Under the pieces are notes generated by a model. That model searched no databases and had not been told where the DNA came from. It saw nothing but the letters and a program-made list of their open reading frames with translations. From contig CM120649.1 of NCBI GenBank assembly GCA_051362555.1, positions 12,462,001 through 12,526,000 of the forward strand: DNA of 64,000 nucleotides, in the 5' to 3' direction. Below are positions 36,301-47,991 of the stretch, piece by piece; the first letter of the stretch is position 1, and every line of letters starts with the position of its first letter. A program made the translations under genes and the position numbers. Source of the stretch: Lingula anatina. Taxonomy: Eukaryota > Animalia > Brachiopoda.

Positions 36301-39300
36301 CATTTCCAGGAGGCATAGTTTAACACGATATGACCACTCATGATGTGTATAAATCCCCTGACAATAATGGGTGGGTGGGTGGGCGCCTAATCTCTCATGT
36401 TCCCGATAGGACATAATTAAAATCAAACTTGAACTTACAGGTAAGTCTCGTTTAAACTTTCAATTCTGTCCTAACGGGACATTCCGAGATTATGCGAGAT
36501 TTCAAAGTATGATGAGTGGTCATATCTATTTTACCAATTTTTTTTAAAATAGAGACTTATGATCCCATAACTCCAAGTAAGATATAACAACCATTTTATT
36601 TAACACCTTTTATTTTGTAATTGCCTTGGCAAACAAAGATTTTGTTTCTTCACTAATATTTCTATAATAAAATTTTCTAAAAGTACTAGCATTACTCCAA
36701 CCTGCTGCTTTCATTATTACATTCATTGGAATACCCATTTCTTTCGCTTTACTAGTAGATGCTGCCCTCGCACTGTGAGGTTTTAACTTGTGAACATCTA
36801 TATCCGCTGAAGCCATTATCGTATGTACCCATCGTTCAATCGTGTCTTTGCTAACTGCCTTGTGAGGCTTCACATAACTAATAAACAATTCTGAACCTGT
36901 CCTTACAGTTGCAGTTCTTGCAATGTATTTTATTAGTGTAGCCACAACACACAACCTCACATTATCTTTAAAACTGGAAAAACTAATACTGGTTGTTTTA
37001 TTCCCGGTTTTGATTGTTTCACCAATTTGTCTAAAACAAAATGAACTGATCTGTTTTCTAATGTAATTTGTCTAAGATCTAACAAGTGTATTGTTTGACA
37101 CCTCTGTCCTGAAACCAATAACATTAACATGACTTACTTACATGTAAGATGTTTTAAACTTAATTGCTCTACTGATCCCAAACTATCCAGCCAACATAAT
37201 ACCTTATCCACATTCCATGTGGACGTATATCGGGGGAACGCTGGTCTAACTTGAAAAACTCCTCTTAAAAATCTTTTAATTAATGGATGCTTTCCTAAAC
37301 TAAAACTACTGTCTACAGTCACAAAAGTTGCTAATGCCGACTTTGCTGTACTGATGGCACTATATTGTAGTCCTTCTTCATACAAAACTGTTAAAAAATC
37401 TAGTATTTGTGACACAGTTGGTTGTAAGATATCGATATCTGTTCCAGCACAGAATGTTTCCCATCTCCTAATGTAAGTTTTATATTGTTTCCTTGTGCTG
37501 ACTCGCCACGACTGCATAAAAATGTTCCTAGGTATGTCTGAAATTCCTTCTTTAATGAGCTTTTCCCTGATAACCGTCAAGCCATCATCCTTGTTTTTCT
37601 CCACATCGGATGTTCCCGCTCCCGATTGTGTTCGAGGCGCAGAAGACTCCTCCTCCTTGGAAGTAATATTGGATGCGTCATCAGCAAGCTCATTAATCGA
37701 GTGTACCATGCTTGTGTCGGCCAGTCGGGCACAATAACAATCACATCCGCCTGGTCCGTTGCAATCTTTTGCACCACCCGCTGAATCACACTGAAAGGTG
37801 GAAATGCATAAGCAATATCATGTTTACTCCAATCAGGTATAAATGCATTAGTTCCTACTGCTGACGGATCGGGTCTCCAGAAATAGAACTTATCTACTTA
37901 ACAGTTAATTCTTGAAGCAAACAAATCAATAGTAGGCCTCCCTAAATGAGAACTCATGTTATTAAAAACTACAGGATCTACGGCCCACTCTGTCCTGTCA
38001 TTAAAAAATCTTGACTCCTTATCCGCTTTTACATTATTCACTCCTAAAATATGAGCAGCACTCAACCAGTTTCCACGCTGTCTACACCAATTCCAGATGT
38101 CTATACTGAGCTCATTACATTGAACTGAGTGTGTGCCCCCCATATTATTTATATATGCAACTGCTGTAGAATTGTCCATTTCCAACAGAATATGTTGGTT
38201 TTCTTTGTTTTCACATAAGGCTCTTAGCCCATATAAGGCAGCTCTTAATTCTAACACATTAATATGTGCTCCTTTCTCCAACTCTATCCAACGTCCACCT
38301 GTTGTATTATTCTCTAAACTTGCCCCCCAGCCTTGCAGGGAGGCATCCGTTCGTAAAGTAAAATGTGGGTTTTCCCTGAAGATTTTTCGACCTATATTAA
38401 ACAAATTTCCCCACCAGTGTATGTCATCTAATGCCTTGAGAGATAAGGTTATATTTCCTTGATAATTCCCCAGGCTATTTTTAAAGCAAGTATTTTGTCT
38501 ATTTCAACATGTCTATAGTGAAGTTCTCCAAATTCCACACCAGGTAAACATGAAACCATAGTTCAACTGAGCCACTTCTTGAATGGTACATAATTCCCCT
38601 TTCTCTCTTTTTATGACCTTATTCCCTAATGCTTTGACATTTTCTAGTTTGCTCTCACTCAGTCTGATTCTTAAGTTATTTGAATTGAGAATAAAACCTA
38701 AATGTAACAGCTGTTGTTGGGGTACCACTTATGATTTTTCTCTACTCCAGGTAAATCCTAGACATGTTAACATGTGTAATACTTGATTAATACTCTCTTT
38801 GCATTTCTCATAGGTATCACCCTGAATGTAAATGTCATCTATATAAATGCTGACAACGTGCCCCTTTTGTCTTAAACATGCCAACACAGGTTTCATCAAC
38901 TTTGTAAAGATTCTGGGCGCAAAAGCCAACCCCATGGGCATAACTACATATTCATATAGTTTTCCTCCCCATCAAAATTTCAAGTATTTTCTATATTCTG
39001 CCCTTATTGGGATACAATAATATGCATCTTGAATATCTACTGACCCCATGTAACAAGTGTGTACCATAGAGTTTGTACAAGTGTGAATACTATCCATCTT
39101 AAAATGTCGATATACAATAAATTCATTAGTTTCTCAGATTCAAAATCATTCTATGTTTCCCATCTGTTTTGGTCGAATAAAAATAGTTGAAATGAACTGA
39201 TTTTGTTCTTCTAAACTTTCTACTATCACACGTTTCCTGATTAAAACATTAACTTCACCATTAATAATATCCTTTTCAAGTTCATTAAAGTTTATAGATA

Positions 39301-42300
39301 TTGGTTCCTTCACTTGCTGTGGTGTATCTAAAAATTCCAACACACAGCCTTTAACCACCTCTAAAATATTCTTATCAGAAGTCACCTGTTCCCAATAATG
39401 TAAGTTTTTTTAATGTTCCCTGCTCTAAATGTGCCAGTACCTACATTTATTTCCTGATTGAGGGGTTCTGGCCTTTGTGGCGATATTTTGTCTTCCCTCT
39501 GTACTGGATGATCCCTTTCCCTCTCTCTCTGTTCTGTTCCCAGTTTCTCGCCACTGGCCACTTGCCTAAAAATGAGGTTTGGCCTGGGCACTCCCTTCAC
39601 TTCCATAAGGCTGAAACCGTTTTCCCCCTGAATATTGCCTGTACTGCTGAGTTTTCCTGGTCAATCTCTTGTCCTCCCCAACTTCCTTTACAATTTTATT
39701 GGAGTCACTCCAAAACAGTAGATCAGTAACCGGGTTAGAACTTGGTACTAGGGCCTTCATGGCCTCATATTGTAACTCTGGCTTAATCTCTGCTCTCCGC
39801 ATCATGTTAACATCATGTACCGCAGCATTCATTAAAATCAATCCATCTAACAGCTCAGGCATTGCTTCTTTGGACAGGATCAGGTCAGTTTTCTCTTTCA
39901 TGCCTGTGAGGAGCATATCTGTGATATTAATAAAAGGCACCATGGCACTATTGAGTGTAGTAAGCATTTGTTGAAATTTAAAATCTTTGTTTCTTGTTTC
40001 AGGTTTTAGCCCAGACCATATTTGCGAATTCACTTTAGGAACAACTAAACCACTACAATTTTCTGGACGTTTGAATTGTTTTTCCTTTTCTTTCCTTTTC
40101 ACGTCAACCATTCCTTTCTCACTTATTTTGTTCAAAGTCTCGGCCAACTTTTCAAACACTGGCGGTCCACAAACTTCCATATTTTGTAGTTCAGCGTCAA
40201 TATCAGTAAACATAATGTCTGGATTAGCTTTCTCACCTGAACTGTCACTCAACTGCCCCTCTTCCTCCCCCCATGTGAAGAAATTCATGTCCCCAGTTGA
40301 CGTTGATGTCTTATCTCTTCTGAGATATAATACAAAAAGTAAATATTAAAAGACTCCAACACAAATACAGGCTTACGTCTTCACCTTCACTTGTATACGT
40401 CTTGAAGTCAAATTTGTGCAAATATATGTAATATAACAATTTTAAAATGGTTTTGCCAGACATAGATTAAGTGCAAGAGACCAGCATGGAGGATTCAACT
40501 TTATGGTGACTACTGTTAGCTATTCTGTTGTTCATATCCAAGAGCCTGTCTCTATTTAAAAATTATGGCATAATTTATCTTTTTTGAGCTGTTGGACTTA
40601 CATATGATCGTAATACATCAATTGTTACTATTTTGTAAGTACATAATTAATTTCTGGTGTTACTCTGGTGCCAGAGGATAATAAAAAAGGCATAAGGTGT
40701 TTTAAGATGATTCCAAGATGAATATTCCTGTAGTTGTCATATACTGTAGATGTTTTGTGCTTGTTCGTACATTGGAAACAATGAGAACTATGTAGTCGCC
40801 TTATGGATTTCTGTTGGTAGTAAGATGACTTGTCTGGCCAAATCATGCTAGGAATGATCACTGGCACTGTCAACTAGGAAAAATGGCTGCTTCCTCGACT
40901 TCTTTGCTTTATCCCTCTTGCCTTCCTGCGCAGCTGCTGCTTTCTAGTTGGTTTTGCAGATTCCTTCTTTTTGTGTAAAGATACCACTTTCCTCTGATGC
41001 GACATGTTCTCGTGCATTAATGTTTCTCTGGAAACTGGATTTTAATATATTGTTTCTCATAGGACACTGACAAAACCTCAATTCTTACTAGCTGTTGTCT
41101 TATTGGCCTACCAGAGCTGACCATGCATGTTTCTTTTTGCTGTGCTGCTGGATGATTTTGCAGACAAGATCTAGAGCTATTTCAAAGCAAAGTCCATTTG
41201 CTTGTCTTTCACGGGCATTTACGCATCAACACAACTAACCAAGTTACGTAGTATTATAAGACGACACATTTTTCACCCTTCAAATCTTCTGGGCTATATT
41301 TAACATGCGAATGCAAGCCCCAGTGACTGGGACATAAATGTGCATGTGGCTTTTTGGTTCACATTGACCAGTAAAAGATTAATAATATAATACCACTATG
41401 TATATATATTTATTGCTTTCATTTGAGTATTCAGTATCTTTTAGTGGATGGTCACTTAAGATAAATGTAGATTATATATTTGAGCATGTGGTTTGGGTTC
41501 CACATTTTTGTAACAGACTCAACGAAACTCATCTTGGAATTTATTTTACAACCTTATATTACCTTTTTATTATCTTCTGTCACCAAATTAGCACTGGAAA
41601 ATTACTTTAGAGCCCCCAGAATAGTACCATTTTACCTAATACAAGTGAATGAGGGTCCCACAGTTCAAAGATTATAAATTACACCAAATTATTAAAATAG
41701 CGGCATGCAACCATCACTTGGTTTTGATCAAAATAATGGCTAACAATTTTCCTCATGCAGTCAAAGATGTATTCTTTTGCTTTAATTCAGCCATTTTGTT
41801 TGCTGACACTTGTTTTATAGATTGGAAGTTTTGTACTAATTGGATTACTCATTGTACATATAAACTGCAGGCCCATGTAGCAACCGAATCCTATATTTAT
41901 TTGGAGGCTTATAAAAGTTTCTATTTACATTTTATGAAACCGAAAATGCATTCTGCACCAGGAAATAATCAAAAATGACGTATGGCACGCTTATGAAGGT
42001 GTGATAGTTTCAAAATGGTGAATAATGCTCAATTTGAAAATGGCGTATGAGGGCCATCTTAGATTTGAGGCACAAATTTTAAGAAAAAAATAATGTATTC
42101 TGCACCAGAAAATAATATAAAGCGACGTATTACTCATTTACAAAGATGTAGTACATGTAGTTTCATAATAGCGAATTATGCTCAAGTTCAAAATGGTTTT
42201 GGTGGCCATTTTGGATTTGAGGGATAAAACGGCCACCAATGGCCTCCATAATGGTAAAAATGTGTTTTTTTTTTGCTCATAATATAGTCCAATAGCAATG

Positions 42301-43726
42301 GTATTTAACAAAAAATTGCACTGAGATATATTGAATACGGGTTATCAATATCCATGGTTTTGCAGCGTTCACACATATGTGGTAGGCACTTATAACACCC
42401 TCTTTGTCCATTCAAATCACCTACTATCACCAAAACAATATCAAAAATGACTTTTTCACCCCCAAAATAGTAGGAATCGATATATATATAAAGTATATAT
42501 AGACCAAACGCTTCAAAATTCAACATAAAATAGCAAAATTATGTCCACTTTCAAAATGGCGGGTGGGGCCATCTTGGATTTGGGACACAAAATGGCCACC
42601 AATTGCTTCCAAATGATCAAAAATGGGTTCCTTGTCCCTAATTTAGTCAGGTTTGATAATCTATACATGTTTCTAGGCCAAAAATTAATGGGAATATGAA
42701 ATATTATATATTCTGGCACCTAATTTGCATAATTTATGCTAATTAATGAATCGATAGAGCGTGTCTCTTTGGATAAAAAATGTTTTTTTGGCCCAAGGAA
42801 CATTTATGCCAAGTTAGATATTTGTACTATAAAATGCAGCGTTTGACCCCTTAACAAGCCTACTAGTACTTAGCAATTTCTCTCAGTCTTGATACGTAAT
42901 CTGACAGACTCTCTTCTTCATTTTGATAGCATGTATCAAATTTTTTCATATATATAACTTTACCAGTTTTTGCGGTTCAAAATGCTTGTCAAACTTTTCT
43001 AATACGTTTTGAAAGTCGTCTTTATCTTCTTCATTGTCGAAGATAAATGTCTCAAACACCTTTTTGTGTTTGTTATCTAGGCCATATATTAAAATTGCTA
43101 CCTTTCGTTTGTCCTCTGCGTCTTCCAACCCAGCAGCAAGGAGATACATTTTCAGTTCCTCCTCTTTCCACGCGACATTTTGCGCGGCGGCATCACGTGC
43201 CCTGAACTTTGGAGGTAAAAATCCAGTTGCCATTATGTCTCTATTACTGCAGCTTTACTTTTGTCTTGAGACCGCTTCTGACACCATGTTATGTCTTGTG
43301 CTTGTTTGCAAACCATGTGCACTCTGCGTGGGTTATAGATTACTATCTTTATACTCATCACTCAAGACCATGTGGACTGCCATCTTACTATCCTTTATTT
43401 CCTAAAAAGCTCTTGCCACTAGTGTCGCCACTAGACAAGACATTACACGCGCGTCCTTTTTCACTGTTTTTCCCCGCCATCTTGAGATTGTTTGTCCTCC
43501 TCTGGCTCCTCTAACATTTCGTCCATTCCTTTCATTAAATTTTCAGCTAAATCTGCCATTCTTTCCTCCAACTATGCCCCACGTAACAAGAACCCGTCTA
43601 TGAAAAACAGGCAGTATTCTCGTTATGTTTAGCACGACTGCATAAAAGTCAATGCCTGAATAAAGTTAATCGAGAGTGCGCGAACATACTTCCCTTTCAA
43701 TTAACTATCCACACCGTTACGTGCTC

Positions 43727-43794
<68 letters not shown>

Positions 43795-44908
43795 TGTCGT
43801 TTAATATATAACAAGTATTGTGAAGAAATAAACCTCAGTTATTATCATTTAAACAAACAAACAAACAAACAGATAAATAAACTCGTTCGTAATATATCTT
43901 TCCATAATGATCTTTTTGTTGCAGAATTTAGACAGAATCGATTACTTCAAGGATGACAACCTATTCTTCACCTGGGCGAAAGGCACCGGTATAGACGCAT
44001 ACGTCATGGACTCAGGAATTAATCCTGATCACCAAGATTTCGGAGGGAGAGTGAGAGAAGGTATATATTATTCTACTGATATTGCATGAGAGAGAGAGAG
44101 AGAGGTGCGTAGATACAAGTCAAAATCCAGAAGTAAGGCTATTCACAACAAAGTTGTGCGTGTTATTTCAGGTTGGCACGGAAACTTTACCAACAGTAGG
44201 GACTTTGATGGTCATGGTACCCTTGTAGCCAGTATCTTAGGTGGCGCCACCTTTGGAGTAGCTAAGGAGGTCACCCTCATCCCCGTCAAGGTATGCGCCA
44301 CGGTGAACAATTGTTCTGAGTCGCATATTTTGAAAGGACTGAACTGGATAGAGATAAGGGTAAAAAATAGCAAAACTCTGTCAGTAATTAACATGTCACT
44401 CGCATCGAAAAGGGGGACACTCCCTAAAATTGACGAAGTCGTGGAAGCGGTATTGGATGCTGGTATTCCAGTTGTAGCCGCCGCCGGAAATATTAAGTTC
44501 ACCAACTATCACAATTCGTGTGATATATCCCCAGCAAACGTACCCAGGGCCCTCACAGTTGGCGCCACCGAGTTTGGTGATGGCTTAGCTTCTTACAGTT
44601 TCCGCGGAAAGTGTGTCGATATTTACGCACCAGGGACGGCTATTAGGGGCGCCAATCACTCAGACAACACAGGTTGGAGGGCGGATAATGGGACGTCATT
44701 TGCAGCACCTCACGTCGCCGGTGCAGTTGCGGAGTTGCTTCAGGTGTTTCGCGATGCTGGGTATCACACAGCACCGTCGGTAGGTGTTCTTAAGGACATT
44801 AACAAGTACATCATCGAGTATGCGGAGAAGAACACGGTAGAGGACCTCCCAGCGGGCAGCAACGACGTTATGCTTCAGACCACCGGTCTGTATACTGTTG
44901 CTCCTTAA
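24369..44908 (+). CDS. Secreted S8A subtilisin-like protease, copy 2, 447 aa, with 16.5-kb intron 4
   Basis: Exons 24369-24549, 24712-24795, 26914-27004, 27292-27406, 43925-44060, 44172-44908 have the same phases as copy 1 and are in frame (1344 nt). Motifs YVMDSG, GHGTLVA, AAGN, NGTSFA. Joining across the long intron is inferred from collinearity. Confidence 0.85.
25881..26491 (+). mobile_element. Non-autonomous TIR element with RecQ-helicase remnant (AcademH-like)
   Basis: TIRs of about 70 bp (CACCCTGAGCTTCAGAGCTAACTTGACACTAACC...) with an 8-bp TSD TCTTCAAC. Internal LKPEQYDAL...DVFCVLPTGYGKSLIF matches RecQ motifs 0/I. Confidence 0.75.
27472..27671. mobile_element. Small MITE
   Basis: Inverted termini GCCTAGGTCCCAAC / GTTGGGACCTATGC; boundaries approximate. 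Confidence 0.5.
27850..28575 (+). mobile_element. L2/CR1-clade LINE 3' fragment
   Basis: LVHAFI*SRLDYCNSLL...LQVIQNSAARLV...HITPILKELHWLPVKQRI, the classic L2 C-terminus, followed by a (TTA)n tail. Confidence 0.85.
28727..33930. mobile_element. Nested stack of non-autonomous DNA elements with internal direct/inverted repeats of about 150 bp
   Basis: Repeat units at about 28730-29200 and 31320-32200; termini TGTA(A/C)CATGAAAATCTGACTCCC at 31174, about 32314 and about 33930. The host intron sequence (homologous to about 15230-15320) resumes at about 33930. Confidence 0.6.
31113..32891. mobile_element. piggyBac-like non-autonomous element, interrupted by 31174-32314
   Basis: ttaa|CCCTCA...TGAGGG|ttaa, with a GGGCCT..AGGCCC subterminal palindrome near both ends. 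Confidence 0.55.
34277..34502. mobile_element. PIF/Harbinger-type MITE, copy C
   Basis: Near-identical to 18191-18415; TTA TSD. Confidence 0.75.
35531..35907. mobile_element. TTAA-flanked Kolobok-like MITE
   Basis: ttaa|AGGTGCATATAC...GTGTGCATCT|ttaa; a second diverged copy lies at about 57056-57427. Confidence 0.6.
36610..37709 (-). pseudogene. DIRS tyrosine recombinase (SAM-like N-terminus + integrase core), disrupted
   Basis: SWRVSTRKQY...HPLIKRFLRGVF..RP, then a stop and frameshift, then VSGQRCQT..KPHSARAASTS..FY. Confidence 0.85.
37577..39385 (-). pseudogene. DIRS RT-RNase H-methyltransferase polyprotein, fragmented
   Basis: ORF fragments 39146-39385, 38729-38941, 38513-38728, 37898-38404, 37577-37789 carry consecutive motifs in different frames. 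Confidence 0.85.
39566..40288 (-). pseudogene. DIRS gag-like ORF1 (240 aa remnant)
   Basis: RPENC..LVVPKVN.QIW motif common in invertebrate DIRS ORF1; lies directly upstream of the RT. Confidence 0.7.
42880..43516 (-). mobile_element. Truncated Ty3/Gypsy element: 5' LTR + PBS + gag N-terminus
   Basis: LTR 43516-43287 (TGTTA...TAACA) is immediately followed by TGGTGTCAGAAG (tRNA-Leu-like PBS, 43286-43275). ORF 43233-42946 (WKEEELKMYLLAAG...KVAILIY...VLEKFDKHFEP) is typical of Gypsy gag. Confidence 0.8.
43728..43792. repeat. (TA)n microsatellite
   Basis: Direct inspection; similar tracts at about 52592-52632 and 63928-63987. Confidence 0.9.
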
Positions 44909-46189
44909 TGTCTTCATTGAAATACACCCTTGCTTAAAGTGATGTGATATTCCAACATAATATGACATCTGTGTTTTAAACATGTTCAAACTAAGTCGTA
45001 AGTGGTTCGTTGAAATGCATTTTCTACTTTAATATTACATTTGAGCTTGTTTTTCATCACTTTGGTTTTGTTCTACCGATCAATGATGAATTTGATAAAT
45101 TATCCGTAATTAATAGGGAAGAGCAAATGTTGAAGGAAGCATGGATTGGAGAAGAATACCGGAATCATCCAAAGATAAAGAATTTCATCTCAGAGTTAGT
45201 ATTTCGTGTAGCACCCAGACACCAGGATAAAGGTTTTATGTTAATTTTCACAGAGTACTTCGAAAGAAAATCCTGTCCCTAATTTCCGAAATATTCCATC
45301 ATTTTAGCAAGAGTGTTTGTGCGTTGCTTTGAATTTACAGCAATTCCCAATGGAACTATGTCAGCGGAACTATGGATAGAACCAATGTCCACCACATTGA
45401 CTCTTCAGAACTTGAAATTTTTCTTAGAATCAAGATAAGGTATAAAATGAGACAAGAAAGATACTTTTGGACTTTTTAATATACCTGAAGCAGACTTTGA
45501 AAACAAAATATTCCACAGTGGCCTGGAAAAATACAGTGCATTTTGGACGCTCTACAATGTTTCAGATGCAGATGTGCTTAAATCTTTACATCAAGTTTTT
45601 TAAAGATACGGGCTGATATGAATTTCGTAAAAGATTTTGCACGTGATCTATCATACTCGAATTTTTTTGGCGCGGCGCCCTGTTTGCATGAACATACCTT
45701 CACATGGACAGCTAAAAGGCAGAAATGCAACTCACAGCAATTTTCCACCCGTGAAATCAAGTATGAGTTGTATATTGCAAGCGAGATGCCCCCTTTTTGT
45801 CTTGTAACTCAGCTGCTAATAAATTCAAGCATGAACGCAAAGGTTTGCATGTTTATATTTTTCTGTACCGACACATAATACATCATTGGTAAACCATGTA
45901 ATTCAGTTGAAAATCAAAAAAGCGTAATGTTTCCAAATCATTTCATTTCATAAACCGTCACAAAATATCGACATTCATGATTAAGACACAGTTAATGAAA
46001 GAATAAAAAAAGACATTTATTTTGAACACGGGGCCAAGAAAAACACTATTTTAAACAGCATTCCAAGCAGTATGATTTGATTGGTTCGCGACACATTTAA
46101 TCTGTATGTTTGCGCGGATAGTGGTTCGAGGCGTGGAGGGAATAACAAGTCAATGATTTTAAGTGATGGGAAAATGAGTAAATAAATAT

Positions 46190-46745
46190 GCTGTAGAAGC
46201 ATGCATCTTGATCCGTCGTAGGGGGAGATTAAATAAATAAATAAATAGATAAATTAATTAATTAATTAATTAATAATTGTGCAATAAAAGCATGCCCATC
46301 AACCCATCGTAGTGGGGATAATGAGATAAAATGTGGTATAGAGCCTTGCCCACCAACCCGTCGTAACGGGAATAATAAATTATAAATGAATATGCAAATA
46401 AAATCATGTCCATCAACTCTTCTAAGCTGGTATGTATAATATAGCGAAAAAAGCAATGCCCAGCAACCAGTCGTCGTGGGGATACTAAACTTTATATACA
46501 TTTTCAGTAAATGTATGCCAACTGACCTGTCGTAGCTGGGAGAATAAATAAATAAATAAATAAATAAATAAATATGCAATAAAAACATGTCTAGCCCATC
46601 AATCCGTCGACGTGGGATAATAAATGTGAGTATAGTTACAGTAAAAGTATGCCAACTTACCCGTCGTAGCAGGGAGAATGATAATAGAAAGTTCATATTA
46701 TAAACAAATTAGCATGTCATAAAAGCATACCCATCGGCCTGTCGT
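46190..46745. repeat. Degenerate tandem repeat of about 60 bp (about 9 units)
   Basis: Same unit as 18455-18720. Confidence 0.65.
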
Positions 46746-47539
46746 GGTCATGAAAAAAGTCTGAAAATCTATGAATCCGACCAAAATCATTACTGAGATT
46801 CATCCGTATAACTACAGTAGAAATAACGTGGGGCAGAGAACGTCGGGTGTTGTAAAGGAGGACCTCTGGGCTCAGAAAGCGGGCAAAAAATTGAGATAAA
46901 AGAAAGATATTAGTTAACTGAAACCGCAATCCGGAAGAAAAGAACAGCAAAGCCTGCTGGTCCTGAAAACTTCCACGCTGTCAAAAAGGAACAAAAATAT
47001 TGGTACAGAAAATCTATAATCTGAAATGAATTGAATGCATGCCCTATTACCATTTAATCGTGTGAGCCCTAATCTTCGCAACTGTCTAAACAAATAATGT
47101 TTTATTTTCCATTTCATCGAATATCAGGTTTGTACCGGTAGTCTATATTCTTACGTTAGTATTCCCCCTAATATATTGGCAATGTTGAACTGTAAGCGTT
47201 ATCCAAAATGATTTTGAAAAACGGGTGATACATTTAATTTTACTGGCTTTAGACTGACAGAACTGAGAATCGCTGCATTGCCCGGTCGGAGACAAATGAT
47301 AAGGATACTGGACTTATATAGGCCTGCATGTAATAAAAGCAGTCTTGTTCGGTCAAATTTCGAACAACCAATATGCTCTGTTGACTTCTTTCTTGGTGGG
47401 AATGTGAATTGGAAGGTTTGTGGCAAGCTGGAATGGAGAAGACATAAAGGCATATTTGGCACTTGGTAAAGTGGTCTTTGATCATGTAGATTGTGATAGT
47501 TGTAAAATTTGGATGATTTCTTTACATTGTGTTTGTTGT

Positions 47540-47991
47540 CAGTGTTGTCAACTGATAAGCAATGTCGAACCTTGACAACCTGGACATCAAAATCAGTCGT
47601 CGGTCTTCACGATCGGTAGTTTTTCCTGGACGACCCATCAGAGGCAGTTTGTCTCTTGATCCAGTGTTTCTAAACCGAGACCAGACCCTCTGCACGGTTC
47701 TGACTGAACAATTCAATTGTATAGATATTCTAACATTGCTTATATTCCGCCTCCTCAGGTTGATAACTTGACCTCTATAATCGTTAGATAATTGCCTGTA
47801 TCTTGCCATATTGGAGGAAGACAGGAATAGCATTTGGTGTACATGTACAAGACCAACAATACAATTCCATGGTACAGTGGTTTTATACTCATTAGTCACA
47901 TTATAAGTAGACCAGGCATTATAACTATCCAAGATCTGCCTACTTTTATTACTCTGATTTAGGGGGTGACACTTCTATTGTCCAGTGTGTG
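47540..47991 (-). mobile_element. Truncated Tc1 copy (5' TIR + HTH region only)
   Basis: Highly similar to about 13200-13652; one TIR followed by TA. Confidence 0.88.

Larger units (their letters stand above)
36208..40320 (-). mobile_element. DIRS1-type tyrosine-recombinase retrotransposon, decayed, 5' end not evident
   Basis: Order gag-like ORF, RT (YIDD), RNase H (TDAS..GWG, HINVLEL, DNSTAV), MT-like domain (IDLFAS..YAFPPF), YR (PHSARAAS, AAGWS..TFRKFY). Terminal inverted repeat/ICR-like arms 36208-36289 and 36383-36465. Confidence 0.92.

Noticed and set aside
41560-42870. Helitron-like element truncating the Gypsy stub
   Set aside because: Repeated (g)gccatcttggattt motifs and a CTAG end are suggestive, but the termini could not be defined.
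46190-46745. Repeat-spacer-like array resembling CRISPR
   Set aside because: The repeats are degenerate, the linkers are low-complexity A/T-rich and similar to each other, there are no cas genes, and the context is eukaryotic.
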